DNA of 63,952 bases, filler included, from Octopus bimaculoides (GCF_001194135.2; 7 parts of 7 records of this genome joined end to end with filler, not necessarily neighbours in it); one strand, 5' to 3'; counted from the whole stretch's first letter, positions 1 to 13,338 are shown. Numbers and translations: made by a program. The notes: generated by a model not told the origin, from the letters alone.

Positions 1-49
<49 letters not shown>

Positions 50-57
50 CAACAATA
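1..57. repeat. (AAT)n/(AAC)n microsatellite
   Basis: Direct reading of the sequence. Confidence 0.95.
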
Positions 58-1499
58 TATATAAATTGAAAACCAATTTTTATTTTCACAAAAGTTTTCC
101 CGCTTTACATCCTTTAGTTTATATGCCGTTTATCTTAACCTTTTTTTCCAAATATTCCTGAGAGGCAAGTCTTTACTATATAAATGAAGGAAAAATTTCA
201 TCAGTTTAGATTGGACTGGAGGCTAAAATTTTTTGATAATCTGTAATCCACTCGCGTTAGATTAGCTCATAGTCTAAAAATTTCGAAAAGATTCTCTCTA
301 TTCTTTCAATGGTATCTTATCTATATAACCTCTCTTCCTAAAATATATATGATTGTGGCGTTGCCGCAGCCTTGTAACTCTACTTTGACCCTTTTGAACC
401 TAAATAACTGTTTATAGATAACTCTGTGGCACGACCTGACCAATGAACATTGTACAAGTCTGTACAGACTTACTGTTTCTATCTTTAACACAAAGTTTTT
501 GACATACTATTGGAATTTATTCTTGCTTACTTTCCCTTTCTTAAAACGCGCGAGATATTGGGTCATAGCGTGGTTTTTCTCTCCATTTCTTTATTCAGTG
601 TATTCTGAAATACTCTTTTTATTTTCATTTTATTTATTTTTATTTTTTTTTTTTTTGATAATCTTTGACTAACCCAGCAATGAGTTTTTTGGAGATACAT
701 ATCCAGATATATGCAATTTGTGCTGAATTTTGATGGGAAATTTGTAAGGATAAAGCTTCAATGTGCTTGAATTTTTTAATCGATTGGGTAATGCTGAATG
801 CAGCTGGATTATTGGAGCTAAATTATAGTTGCAGATAGCTTTTATGTAGAAGAATTTTTAACTTAGTAAGATCTCAAATAATGCAATGTGGATTTTCTTA
901 TCTGGGCTTCAACGTCATTGTGATGGAGATTATGCAGATACAAATCTGAATGTAACATTTTCGGAATTATTCTCAAAACCTTAAAATTGCATTTAAGACA
1001 AGAATTCATCAATGGCAAAATGTTGTATAAAACTGTATTCTGGCTTCATAAAAGATATATTCTTCAAATCCCCATTCATTATATTTACTTTTTGAGCGAC
1101 ATAGGCTTTCAATTCCAACAAATCTGAATCAATTTTTTCCTTTTTTTTTTTTTTATTTTTTCTTTCATCTTTTCACACTGACATTGTCGCCGTATAAAAA
1201 CTGGAAGAATTTCTTGTAGGTAAAAGAAAATAATGATTTTTCTCCAAACACAAAGCTAGAACATTCATATTTTTGGCTACTCAAGAATAGATTTCAATAT
1301 TTATTTCTTTGATTTGCTAAAATATGCAAAAATATAACAATTTTTTACACTTGAAGTTATTGCAGTAAGATATGAAATATTGCTAGCAATGGTTAATTTT
1401 TTTCTACTAGTCTCAGATAACGAAAAATTTAAAAGTAGATACATGAAATGCGTGAACCTGTAATAAAACAGTGTTGAAACTAGAAGAGGAATATTCCCA

Positions 1500-1790
1500 T
1501 ATTAATACTGGTGTTTCGCGAAATACCGGGTAACTTTCAACCCTCATCTAATTATGTGAATTGCAGCCTTGCGTAAATGCAGTTTACCGTACAAGTAATA
1601 AAAGCCCGAGTCAATGAGACTCTATGTTATCGTTCGATCTTCAAGAAACAGCAACTCAATCTTCCTCAAATCACACACTATTTGTATTAGATAAATAAAC
1701 GTGCCGTTCTAAAATGACAAGACTGTCACTGCCAGAATACTTTTGTTCATTGATTAATTTAATCACAGTTGGCTTGGGGACCAAAAAATT
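1500..1790 (+). mobile_element. Unclassified dispersed repeat (probable SINE/LINE 3' tail); related diverged copies at ~30245-30420 (-) and ~33690-33920 (+)
   Basis: Shared blocks such as cagcaactcaatcttcctcaaatcacac and gtcactgccagaatacttttgttcat; similarity judged by eye; boundaries approximate. Confidence 0.4.
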
Positions 1791-2504
1791 GGTTTCAAGT
1801 TCTCTCTCACGGAGTTAACCTGAAGAACGACGGATACCACTATACAGACTTGCTTTAAAATGGTCATGTTTAGAAACATCTTCAGTTATCTCACAATAAC
1901 ATATTTATTCATTCTTAATGAGTTCTGGCAGATTGGAATGTGGATATCAAATCACTGATATTTCACCAACAGAGAACACTTTCTCTTTAAGCAATGTATA
2001 ATCCTAGCACACACTTCACCAGTGCAAGGAGACTTCGTAACACTGAGATGTTTCGACATCATTGTATATATTAACAGTCGGAGCCACCCTACAACGTTCT
2101 GCCAGAGCGTATTAAGAATGGAGACGTTACTGTTTGGATTCCCGCTGTTCTGCTTGGACTTCATGAATTAATTTCTGAAACTTTCATCTCTACATCACAC
2201 TGCAAATTTGGTGGCCTGTGAAATCTACTACTCGTTGTTAATGCATTGTCAAGCTAACGCGACATCAATATTTCTCCCTTACTACTGAACGGAAATACTA
2301 TCGAGGGTTTCATATTAACATTTTACAAATAGTAGACCGAAATGTAGATAAGAAACAAACATGTTTGCTCAGAGTGAAGCAAAACAAGAATTAAAGGCGA
2401 CTTTGGTGTTTTAGCGCTGAATTGGGAATAGAATTAACTAAATATGGCATTTGATGGTATTTTAAATGTTTAAAACAGAGGAACATACAGACATACACAC
2501 AATA

Positions 2505-2595
2505 ACACATACACACGTACAGACACATACACACGTACAGACGCATACACACGTACAGACACATACACACGTACAGACACATACACACTCGTACA
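2505..2595. repeat. 18-bp minisatellite (acacatacacacgtacag, ~4-5 units)
   Basis: Unit repeats visibly and translates as THTHVQ repeats. Confidence 0.85.
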
Positions 2596-2681
2596 TAAAT
2601 TATTATGCTAATGTGTATGTATGCATTAATACTTACAAGTATGTCAGCATGCATACTTAGTTACATACTTCCATATGTACA

Positions 2682-4330
<1,649 letters not shown>

Positions 4331-4534
4331 TGAAGTTTATTTTCGTTTTCCAATAATCTATCTGAATTACTGATTTCTTTCATCTAGACAGGTTGCATAT
4401 TTTCCTTGTTTGTTTGTGGGCTGCTTTTTATAAGGTATTCAGTAGAGGAGTGAGAACAGTAGTTATGGCCTTTGTATATCCTCCCAGACTGCTGAAATTA
4501 ATGCACATGATGTCTATGGTCTACACATATTTGT

Positions 4535-4668
4535 ACATACATGCATACATACATACACACATACATGCATAGATACACACATACATACATACATACATAC
4601 ATACATACATACATACATACATACATACATACATACACACACATACATACATAAATACATACATACAT
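4535..4668. repeat. (CATA)n microsatellite
   Basis: Direct reading. Confidence 0.95.
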
Positions 4669-4759
4669 GAAAATATCCTATTGTTGATGTTGAAAATCCA
4701 ATGAAGGAGTAAACAAATGCAATTTGAGCGATTGACAAAGACGAAATAAATACGGCCTT

Positions 4760-5035
4760 TCATTGTCAGGGAGCAAGAGCTGTAAGTTCCGCATCAATTC
4801 GCCAAAAATGTTCTCTTTTTCCTGGACTTTTGATTGTACATTCACATCTGCTGATCAACTGACCTTTACAACAGTGCACGACTTTTGTTCCCTATCCCAT
4901 AAAACAATATCAGGTCTGTTACGTTTGTACTAAATCGATGTTTTTATTGGGGTGTTCCACCAATATCCCTTGTTTTTAAAGGTGTGAATATCTGTTGCTT
5001 CTGACATGCCTTTGATGTATATGTCAGGGCAGTCA
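4760..5035 (-). mobile_element. Decayed restriction-like endonuclease (RLE) region of an R4/Dong-like non-LTR retrotransposon
   Basis: Minus-strand translation YWWNTPIKTSI*YKRNRPDIVLWDREQKSCTVVKVS*SADVNVQSKVQEKENIFGELMRNLQLL matches the RPD...E/D...K RLE motif. Confidence 0.8.
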
Positions 5036-5036
5036 C

Positions 5037-5039
5037 ATG

Positions 5040-5071
<32 letters not shown>

Positions 5072-5100
5072 TGTATGTATGTATGTATGTATGTACGTAT
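5037..5100. repeat. (TATG)n microsatellite, the (CATA)n tail of the adjacent RLE element
   Basis: Direct reading. Confidence 0.95.
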
Positions 5101-5640
5101 GTCATTGTTCAGTTTTATTTCAAGATTTCTTGCTAATAGAGAAAGAGCCGGTTTCTATCCTGGATTCAAGGGTGTTTTTGTTTGTTTGTATGTATGTATA
5201 TGTGCAAATTTGTATGTTTCGTTTTATGTATATATTCTCATGCATATAGTTGCATATCCAGACATGCTCATATATATTTAAGGGATAAACTTCTGGAAAG
5301 TTTTACAGAGTTTTACAGTTCTAGTAATGGATTGGATCAGTAGTCTTCGAATTAGATTTCTCCTTTCTAGTTCTGAGAAGCTTAATTTCTTAAGATTGGT
5401 ATTTAGGCAGTGTGTTACATACCCAGGGCCGTAATAATTACAGTTATAAACCTGAACTTGTATTCTGGATAGAGTAACTGCAAATTTCTCAATAGTTCAA
5501 CGTAGGTGTTCTCTTTTTCACTTAATTTCAACTTTATGTTAATATCCGCTGGGCAGCTAATTTCCACAACTGTGCACAGTATCTCTTGTCTATCCCAAAT
5601 CATTGTATCAAGTCTGTTGAGCTTACACTTTATTGAGGTC
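5098..5640 (-). mobile_element. 5'-truncated R4/Dong-like RLE retrotransposon: ORF C-terminus, 3' UTR and (CATA)n tail
   Basis: KLNRLDTMIWDRQEILCTVVEISCPADINIKLKLSEKENTYVELLRNLQLLYPEYKFRF, then after a frameshift TVKLCKTFQKFIP* (stop 5278-5280); 3' UTR ends ...cttgaaataaaactgaacaatga+(cata)n. Confidence 0.85.
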
Positions 5641-5655
5641 ATGTATGTATGTATG

Positions 5656-5686
<31 letters not shown>

Positions 5687-5740
5687 GCAGGCATGCATGC
5701 ATGCATGTATGTATGTATGTATGTATGTATGTATGTATGT
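5641..5740. repeat. (ATGT)n microsatellite
   Basis: Direct reading. Confidence 0.95.
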
Positions 5741-5808
5741 GAGTGCATCTTCAACATATATGTATGCGTGTGCATTTTCAGTATCTATTGTCATATGTAT
5801 ATATGTTT

Positions 5809-5920
5809 GTGTGTATCTTCAATGCAACTGTTGTATCTAAGCAACTCATATTCTAATTACTTGGAACCTTCATGGTGTGACGGTGAAAACTGTCGGAAAT
5901 GCGGTTTTAAATTTGAAATC
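5809..5920 (+). pseudogene. ANKFY1: Pseudogenised fragment of rabankyrin-5 (pre-FYVE and first half of the FYVE domain)
   Basis: VCIFNATVVSKQLIF*LL, then a frameshift/deletion into EPSWCDGENCRKCGFKFEI; resembles the recalled ANKFY1 motif IFNxxVATKQLLFRLLDMLSKEPPWCDGxxCxECxxKF. Confidence 0.6.
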
Positions 5921-5923
5921 GAC

Positions 5924-6075
5924 TGACAACCGATCTTGGTTTGTTTACGTCCCCTTCAATTAGCAGTTCAGCATAAGAGACCGATAAAATAAGTACCAGA
6001 GTTAAGAATAAGTTCTTGGATCGAGGTAGTGTCCGAGCATGGCAGTGGTCCAATGACTGAACCAAGTGAAAGAGA
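5924..6075 (+). mobile_element. SINE family B, 3' portion
   Basis: gtttgtttacgtcccc...agcataagagaccgataaaataagtacc...gcatggcagtggtccaatgactga matches copies at 36430-36729 and 49384-49505. Confidence 0.75.
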
Positions 6076-6309
6076 AATGGTTCTTAAAGAGCTCATTCTG
6101 AACGAATCCGCATAAAAATTAAAATGAACGACTGTAAAATATTCACTTGAAATAATCACAAGTGTAAACTGTTAAATTACACTTTGACATAAAAGTGGTC
6201 CGATATATTCCTATACGGAATTCTTCTCTCTGATTTTCTTTTTCTGTTACAAGGCTTCCATAACCATCTGGGACATTGGCATATCATTTGAAGATATCAG
6301 TTCCATGCA

Positions 6310-6312
<3 letters not shown>

Positions 6313-6404
<92 letters not shown>
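6313..6404. repeat. (CT)n microsatellite
   Basis: Direct reading. Confidence 0.95.
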
Positions 6405-6407
<3 letters not shown>

Positions 6408-6439
6408 ACTATAACCATTTTAATATCAAAGGGTAATCT

Positions 6440-6600
6440 GAAATATTAGAAATTTCCATTACCAGTGGCATAGCGTGTAAAGATTTAGTCAATACACTGT
6501 ATATTATTCGTATAAATACAGTGTACATTTTAACACATAAGAGGTATCCATCATAGGACTACCTGCACGCTAGAGAGGACAGTTAAATTCCGAACCACAC
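6440..6600 (+). mobile_element. Unclassified non-coding dispersed repeat; copies also at ~38745-38920 (+) and ~60298-60432 (-)
   Basis: Shared core accagtgg...tagtcaata...tattattc...aaatacagtgtacattt...cataataggacatct...gctag in the three copies, with partial deletions. Confidence 0.7.
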
Positions 6601-7164
6601 TTTGTACTAGTTCAGAACGGATAAATGCAACGTTTGCTACTCTGCAGAGAAGACCAGTTCGAGGAACTCACATAATTTTAAAGTTTAATGCCAACCTTTT
6701 CCAGACGGGCTTTTTTTTTTTCTTTCTTGCAGATAATTGTCTATTTCGTTATTTATTCATATAAGAAGTAGACTCTTAAAACTCTCAAACTTTTCCAATA
6801 GTTCTTCGACTTCATAGGAATAATCTTCATCGTGCAAGAACATAGGATTATTTCCAATTCGACAGTAAGTTTCTCATTATAAGAAGACCATCACAGTTGG
6901 AGGAAATAAACCAACGACTAAAAAACAAATATATTGAGTCATAAGAAATACTAAATTCGTACTGGGCCTTCTACACTGCACGAACTCACAGATCAGAATT
7001 GAACAGGGAACATCACAGTTAACAACCAGATACACTGAGCTGGTAACACGCAGTTTCATATGCGTTAATCTCTAATTAACAATTATAAGTGTGTATATAC
7101 TTAAATGGCATTAAGTGATATTTTAAACTATTTCTAACACAGGCTTATGTAAATACCATCCTCA

Positions 7165-7222
7165 TTGAGTGTGTGTGTCTATTCATACACACACATACTC
7201 ACACATATACACACACATACGC

Positions 7223-7276
<54 letters not shown>

Positions 7277-7288
7277 TATACACATATA

Positions 7289-7334
<46 letters not shown>

Positions 7335-7493
7335 GATATACACACATATATATGCCAATACATATGTATATATATGTATATGTTTGTATATGCATGTGTA
7401 TGTATAAATATGCATATATATACGTATATATGCATATGTATGCATGCATAAACATATATATGTGTATGTGTTTGTGTATGTGTTTGTATAAAT

Positions 7494-7557
<64 letters not shown>

Positions 7558-7810
7558 ATATGTATGTACGTATGTATGAGGGTACGTACGTATATGACTA
7601 TATAAGTAAATGTGAATGCGTACACATGCGTGTGGCGTGAATTTTACTATGTGTGGGGAGAATGATTTAGACAAGAACCAGTCAGGCAATCGCGCGCGCG
7701 CACACACAAACACATTTATAAATATATAATATACAAACGCATATATATGTATGTGTATATGTGCATATATGTATGCATGTATGTGTGTATCATATAAGTA
7801 AATATATATG
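7165..7810. repeat. Compound (AT)/(AC)/(ATGT) microsatellite field
   Basis: Direct reading. Confidence 0.9.
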
Positions 7811-7973
7811 TCAGATACACAAGGCTGCTTTGTATGTATATTCATTACATGAAGGTCCAACATTTCAGTTTCAGTTAAAGGTTTTGTCAATAAATACCGC
7901 ATGTCATCTGAGAATGGGTGTCTTTCTTAATTAGTTGGCCAAGTGTTGTACTGCAACTCTCACCACCACCTCC

Positions 7974-8010
<37 letters not shown>

Positions 8011-8184
8011 TTGCAGCTGCTAACTGCTGCTGATTTTGATGGCGGTGGAAGTATTGTCGGTTGCGGTAGTTGTCGTAATCGTGAGGATGTTATGATGAGG
8101 TAAACACAGCAACATCAACAACAGCAACAACAACAACAACGAGAACCGCAGCAGCAATTATGATTTCATTATTATGATAGTACG

Positions 8185-8362
8185 AAGTCACAGAATTTGG
8201 TTGGAGATGCAGAGTCAACTATATCGAACTTTTTTTTTCTAGACTAGGACAAGTATTTTATTTGATCAACCACTTGATTGATCACAGAACGTAAAACGCC
8301 AGCATGAACGCTACTAAATATTATGTCCGACGTGCTAAAGATTATGCCAGCTTGCTGTCCTA
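8185..8362 (-). mobile_element. Degraded tRNA-derived SINE family A
   Basis: cagaacgtaaa...gtgctaaagattatgccagcttgctgtcc is homologous to the better copy at 8493-8708. Confidence 0.65.
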
Positions 8363-8380
8363 ACGATAAAATAAATCATG

Positions 8381-8417
<37 letters not shown>

Positions 8418-8452
8418 TGTCACTTTGATGGCATGCACATGCTCTCTCACTC

Positions 8453-8483
<31 letters not shown>

Positions 8484-8492
8484 CTAATAATA

Positions 8493-8708
8493 ATCCTTTC
8501 TACTAAGGGCACAAGACCTGAAATTCGTGGGAGGAGACTCGTCGATTACATTGACCACAGTGTTTCACTGGTGCTTCATTTATCGACCCAGAAAGAAAGA
8601 AAGGTAATATTGACCTCGGTGGAATTTGAACTCAGAACGTGAAGACAGACGAAATGTCGCTAAGCATTTCGCCTGGCATGCTAACGATTTAGCCAGCTCG
8701 TCGCCTTA
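8493..8708 (-). mobile_element. tRNA-derived SINE family A (near full length, (TAT)n tail)
   Basis: Minus strand begins ggcgacgagctggctaaatcgttagc (A box) and contains ctgagttcaaattcc (B box); further decayed copies at ~9800-9930, ~12600-12775 and ~17050-17201. Confidence 0.85.
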
Positions 8709-10689
8709 AGAACAGCAACAACAACAATAATAACAATAATAATAATAATGATAATGATGATAATAATAACACTAACGACATTGATAATAATTTGTTCTGT
8801 CTGGTCTCAAGGCATTTCATATATATATATATACATATATANNNNNNNNNNNNNNNNNNNNNNNNNNNNNNNNNNNNNNNNNNNNNNNNNNNNNNNNNNN
8901 NNNNNNNNNNNNNNNNNNNNNNNNNNNNNNNNNNNNNNNNNNNNNNNNNNNNNNNNNNNNNNNNNNNNNNNNNNNNNNNNNNNNNNNNNNNNNNNNNNNN
9001 NNNNNNNNNNNNNNNNNNNNNNNNNNNNNNNNNNNNNNNNNNNNNNNNNNNNNNNNNNNNNNNNNNNNNNNNNNNNNNNNNNNNNNNNNNNNNNNNNNNN
9101 NNNNNNNNNNNNNNNNNNNNNNNNNNNNNNNNNNNNNNNNNNNNNNNNNNNNNNNNNNNNNNNNNNNNNNNNNNNNNNNNNNNNNNNNNNNNNNNNNNNN
9201 NNNNNNNNNNNNNNNNNNNNNNNNNNNNNNNNNNNNNNNNNNNNNNNNNNNNNNNNNNNNNNNNNNNNNNNNNNNNNNNNNNNNNNNNNNNNNNNNNNNN
9301 NNNNNNNNNNNNNNNNNNNNNNNNNNNNNNNNNNNNNNNNNNNNNNNNNNNNNNNNNNNNNNNNNNNNNNNNNNNNNNNNNNNNNNNNNNNNNNNNNNNN
9401 NNNNNNNNNNNNNNNNNNNNNNNNNNNNNNNNNNNNNNNNNNNNNNNNNNNNNNNNNNNNNNNNNNNNNNNNNNNNNNNNNNNNNNNNNNNNNNNNNNNN
9501 NNNNNNNNNNNNNNNNNNNNNNNNNNNNNNNNNNNNNNNNNNNNNAGACCTATGTTTCTGGATGCTTAACATGTATCTGCACAAGTATGTATTACTGGAA
9601 CAAAATACGTGTAGTTGTCCATGCACGCAAATATTCCCTCTTCACACCACCGATGTTATCCAAAGGAAATGCTGCTGACTTGGCCAACAGAATTTCACAC
9701 CATTACCGTCGAGGACATTGCTGTCGCGACAGATAATGCAAAACATCTCGCCCTACCCTCTAACAGTTCTGCTAATCCACCATCTTGAATTTGTAAATTT
9801 TTATCGACCATAAACTGATGAAAACCAATGTTGACCTCGGCAGGATTTGAACTTGGCGCGCGGAAATCAGAAAAAATAACCTGATGTATTCTATCTGATA
9901 CTCCACTGATTCTGTTAATTCGCCACCTTTGTGCAAGGATGTCGATTACTTTACACGTAGATACAAAGAAAATATCTTAATCACACGACCATGTCAGCAC
10001 CTAACTTATGGTGGTGCATGCTGTCCTAAGATTTAACTTAAGATGTATGGTCTCTGTGTTAGTGCTTGTTGATGGAAACCTCTGACTGGAACATTTAGTA
10101 AGTTCAAATCATTAAGCAGAAATCCTGTCGTTGGCTTCAGTCCAATATTGTTCAGCAAAATGAGAAATGGTTCTCTAACTGATTAAACCTTAAAAAAGGA
10201 AGGAAAGAAAGAAATCACAAAACACCTTGGTGTGACTCTTGGGAGAAATTATAAAATAAAGTGAACAGATACACTGACTTTCCAAATGGGAGTGACATGA
10301 CCTGCTGTACTGCATATAAAGTAGCGAATGTTGCTTTATATCGGCCCAGGAGGTTTTGAAGTTGTTGCGAAAATTGAACAGAATGTTGATTTCCTACTGA
10401 CACAAAGTTACACATTTCAGGTAAAATAACATAGGCGATTGAATCGACCCAAACACATCACCAAATATTCTATTGGCCTCAGAAGGATGAAAGAGAGATA
10501 CACCTCATCAGCATTTGAAATCAAGGCGTAGATGGGGAAAATTAAACACTCTAAAAAAATTCAGTCCCGCGTTCTGACGATCATTTTAATGAGAAGTTAT
10601 AACATTTATGCTTCTTCCAAACGCATTGCCTGCATAGCCACCCAAACACGAGACACGAGTGACAAACTTTTTACTGATCTACCTTCTGC

Positions 10690-10850
10690 ATGAGAGAGAG
10701 ACAGATAGGCAGACAGGCAGACAGATAGACAGAGACAGGGAGAGAGAAGGACAGAGAGAGAGCTAAAGAGACAGAGACAGGGACAGAGAGACAAAAACAG
10801 AGACTGAGAGACAGAGAGAACGATAGACAGACAGACAGACAGACAGACAG
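10690..10850. repeat. GA/GACA-rich simple repeat
   Basis: Direct reading. Confidence 0.85.
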
Positions 10851-11398
10851 TGAGGTGGTGGTGGAATATTTAAATAAGAAAAGTGAAGAAAAAAACAATA
10901 ATGTACAAATATTAAGCTTTTCCAATACAAATACCATAAAACAGCTAATGTTCTTAATTTAATCAGTCTTATAAATATTCCTGATATAAAGAATGTATAA
11001 GTAAAAGCAATACAATAGAATATTAATCTACATTAAAAGACATGAAGTACTTTTGAAATACACCCCTTACCATACCTACCTCATGTCTGAAGTCACAAAG
11101 TAAACCATTATAATTGGCAGTAACTTGGCGACAGACAATCTGATTCTAAGCCACAAAGCACTTTCAAATATTCTCAAACTCTCTAAATTCAACTTATCCC
11201 GTGTTTTTGTGTAATTGACAAGTAACAATTATTGGAAACATATGTAACAGCCCTAGATATTCCTGACGCACATTCCATATTCTTCAGCTTTAAAGACAGT
11301 GATTTATTTCTCATAGATCTGATCAAACTATGATCCCTGTCTTATATTCCAATCTAATGTTCTTATATTTAGAAAACATGTTGTTTCCATATAATAAT

Positions 11399-11491
11399 TT
11401 AAGGATTAAACCAGCCTGGTGGAGTTCCAATCGTTTTCACGCTCTCGACTTCTTTCGACGCAGATGTACGCTTATACCCAACGTATATAAG
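11399..11491 (-). CDS. Candidate terminal coding exon of a hypothetical small single-pass membrane protein (LIYVGYKRTSASKEVESVKTIGTPPGWFNP*)
   Basis: Weak acceptor ...aaaattgtag, phase 0, open to TAA; AATAAA on the minus strand at 11303-11308. Ab initio by eye only. Confidence 0.3.
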   Translation of the reverse strand, partial: LIYVGYKRTSASKEVESVKTIGTPPGWFNP

Positions 11492-11848
11492 CTACAATTT
11501 TAAATGTCAATTATTACTACATCTTTTGTATGCGTCGATTGGATAAAATACACAAACGTTATGCGTACATAAGAAATGACATGTGAGTTTTGTTTAACAA
11601 ATGAGAATATCGGGTGTCGTAGCGAACCACTATAGGGAGTTTGTAAAGGTGATATATCTGAAGCTTCGAACGACTGCCGGGACTTTCTCAGAGAGGAAAT
11701 ATCAAAGACGTTAACTAAATAAAAACATGGGAAGTAAAAGGAAACAGAAATAACTCGGATACAGTTTATATTTCAAACACCGCCATTGGACAGGGTTTAA
11801 GGAAAGGTCACCATATGTCGACCAGAATAAGTTTTAACGTTGACTTAC

Positions 11849-11868
11849 CGAAAAGAATATTATTAAAT
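11849..11868 (-). CDS. Candidate 20-nt microexon (D)LIIFFS
   Basis: ccatcccttag|ATTTAATAATATTCTTTTCG|gtaagt; phase 1 to phase 0, compatible with both neighbours. Confidence 0.3.
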
Positions 11869-12158
11869 CTAAGGGATGGTGTTTTTAGAAAACATTGATT
11901 TGTTTTTCTGTTATAGTTTCATATTGAAAAATAATATAAGCACTGCATTAATGTGTGGGAAATGGTGAGTATAAAAACATAGAATCCGTATGGTGTTTGT
12001 AAACCATGATGATATCATCCATGGGAAGCATGGTTTGTTGTTATAATTAAGTGGAGAAAGGATCAGTAAGGAGAGGAAACGATCAAGAAAGACGGTGAAG
12101 AATTACTGTGAATAGGTAGAATAGAAAAGTGACTCAGTTCACCGGATGTGGTGCTCAC

Positions 12159-12215
12159 CTGTCAACATTAACGCTACTTCAATTTCGTACCTCTCTATTT
12201 CATATCGAGTTCTCC
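12159..12215 (-). CDS. Candidate 57-nt exon (R)RTRYEIERYEIEVALMLT
   Basis: ttatttgtcaaag|...GACAG|gtgagc; phase 1-1, open. Confidence 0.33.
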
Positions 12216-12221
12216 CTTTGA

Positions 12222-12420
12222 CAAATAATTATATAGAATTACATAAATGTGACCATTATGTTTTAACTATTGTATCATAGGTGGATAGAAATGCGGAAGC
12301 AATTTTTTTCTTTATTTAGACCTCTGGTCTCTTACCTTTTCAGCATCAATGCTTCTTTTTGTGATTGGCCTTCATTTCTGCATTCAACGCCAACCTACTA
12401 CCGCCATATTTTCATTTGAA
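12222..12420. repeat. Local duplicated module (copy 1); copy 2 at ~13408-13600; includes a hAT-like terminus
   Basis: gtggatagaaatgc...accttttcagcatcaatgcttc...ccatattttcat occurs in both; copy 2 contains cagtggtttctaacctttt. Confidence 0.8.
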
Positions 12421-13220
12421 AATTTTGTTTAAATCGTGATTTTTAAATATAAATGTAATGCTTTTTAAAACTATGAATTAGTAGATGTTCAACAATTAAA
12501 ATAAAATTTCATTCTCTCTGAAAATATCTAAAAATTAAAACATAGTTTTAAAATGTCTGAAAAATAAACTTATGAAAAAGAATACATTTTAATTTAAGGT
12601 CAGCAATTTTGGGAGAAGAGGGAAACTGATTACATTGACCCTAGAATTCAAATATTAATTATTTTATCGACCTTGAAAGGATAAAAGACGGAATTCTAAC
12701 TGCGACTGTAAAGACGGAAGAAATGCCGCTAAGCATTTTGCCCGGTATGCTAATGATTCTGCCAGCTCACCGCATGATAAACAAAAAAAAACTTAAATTG
12801 ATGTATTTTGATTCATGGAGACAATTCAAAATCTGCTTAGATTAAAGAAACACACTCGCTAAGGCCCTGCTCCTCCACAAAAAAACTACCCACAATCTCC
12901 CACCCACTCTGGTTGGGAACTATAGGCATCAATAAGATGAAGATTTGAACTCAGCACAGCAATCTAATGAAGTACTCGTTGATTATGAATTCCTCTCTCT
13001 GCTTATGTGAATCTACCGCAGCTACAAGTGGTAATTGCAGGTAGACTGCGCAGCCTGGTATTGTATTGACTCCACATCTAATACTGTTTATATTCACGTA
13101 TTATGTTCGTTATCCTGATTCATCCAATCATTCTTCTCCACCAATGCACCACCTCTATCCTTATCTCCCTACATATAACAATAAATGCACTATGAAGTAG
13201 CACAGCCAGCCACCACTTAC

Positions 13221-13338
13221 TCTGATACGAGAAGATATAAACACCTTCATGCTTCCCATTCACTTTTGATTCGAGGAACACTCTGGATGTGACAGCTGGA
13301 AGGAGAAAGCCATACACCAGTATTCGGATAGCAATCAT
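13221..13338 (-). CDS. Candidate first coding exon MIAIRILVYGFLLPAVTSRVFLESKVNGKHEGVYIFSYQ (or a 75-nt internal exon 13221-13295)
   Basis: ATG at 13338 followed by a signal-peptide-like stretch; strong internal acceptor ggctttctccttccag ending at 13296; donor A|gtaagt; ends in phase 1. Confidence 0.35.

Noticed and set aside
60-1200. AT-rich stretch with protein-like minus-strand pieces (DLLELKAYVAQKV..., LPNRLKNSSTLKL)
   Set aside because: Many stops and no diagnostic RT, TERT or transposase motif could be assigned; needs BLASTX.
6732-6868. Strong acceptor and donor pair on the plus strand, plus a GPCR-TM-like ORF at 6877-7059 (-)
   Set aside because: The plus-strand segment has stops in all frames, and the minus-strand ORF is short with no convincing family motif or splice context.
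10335-10420. Cadherin-like phrase VDFLLTQSYTFQV ending at a donor
   Set aside because: Spacing does not fit cadherin repeats, the acceptor is poor and there are no partner exons.
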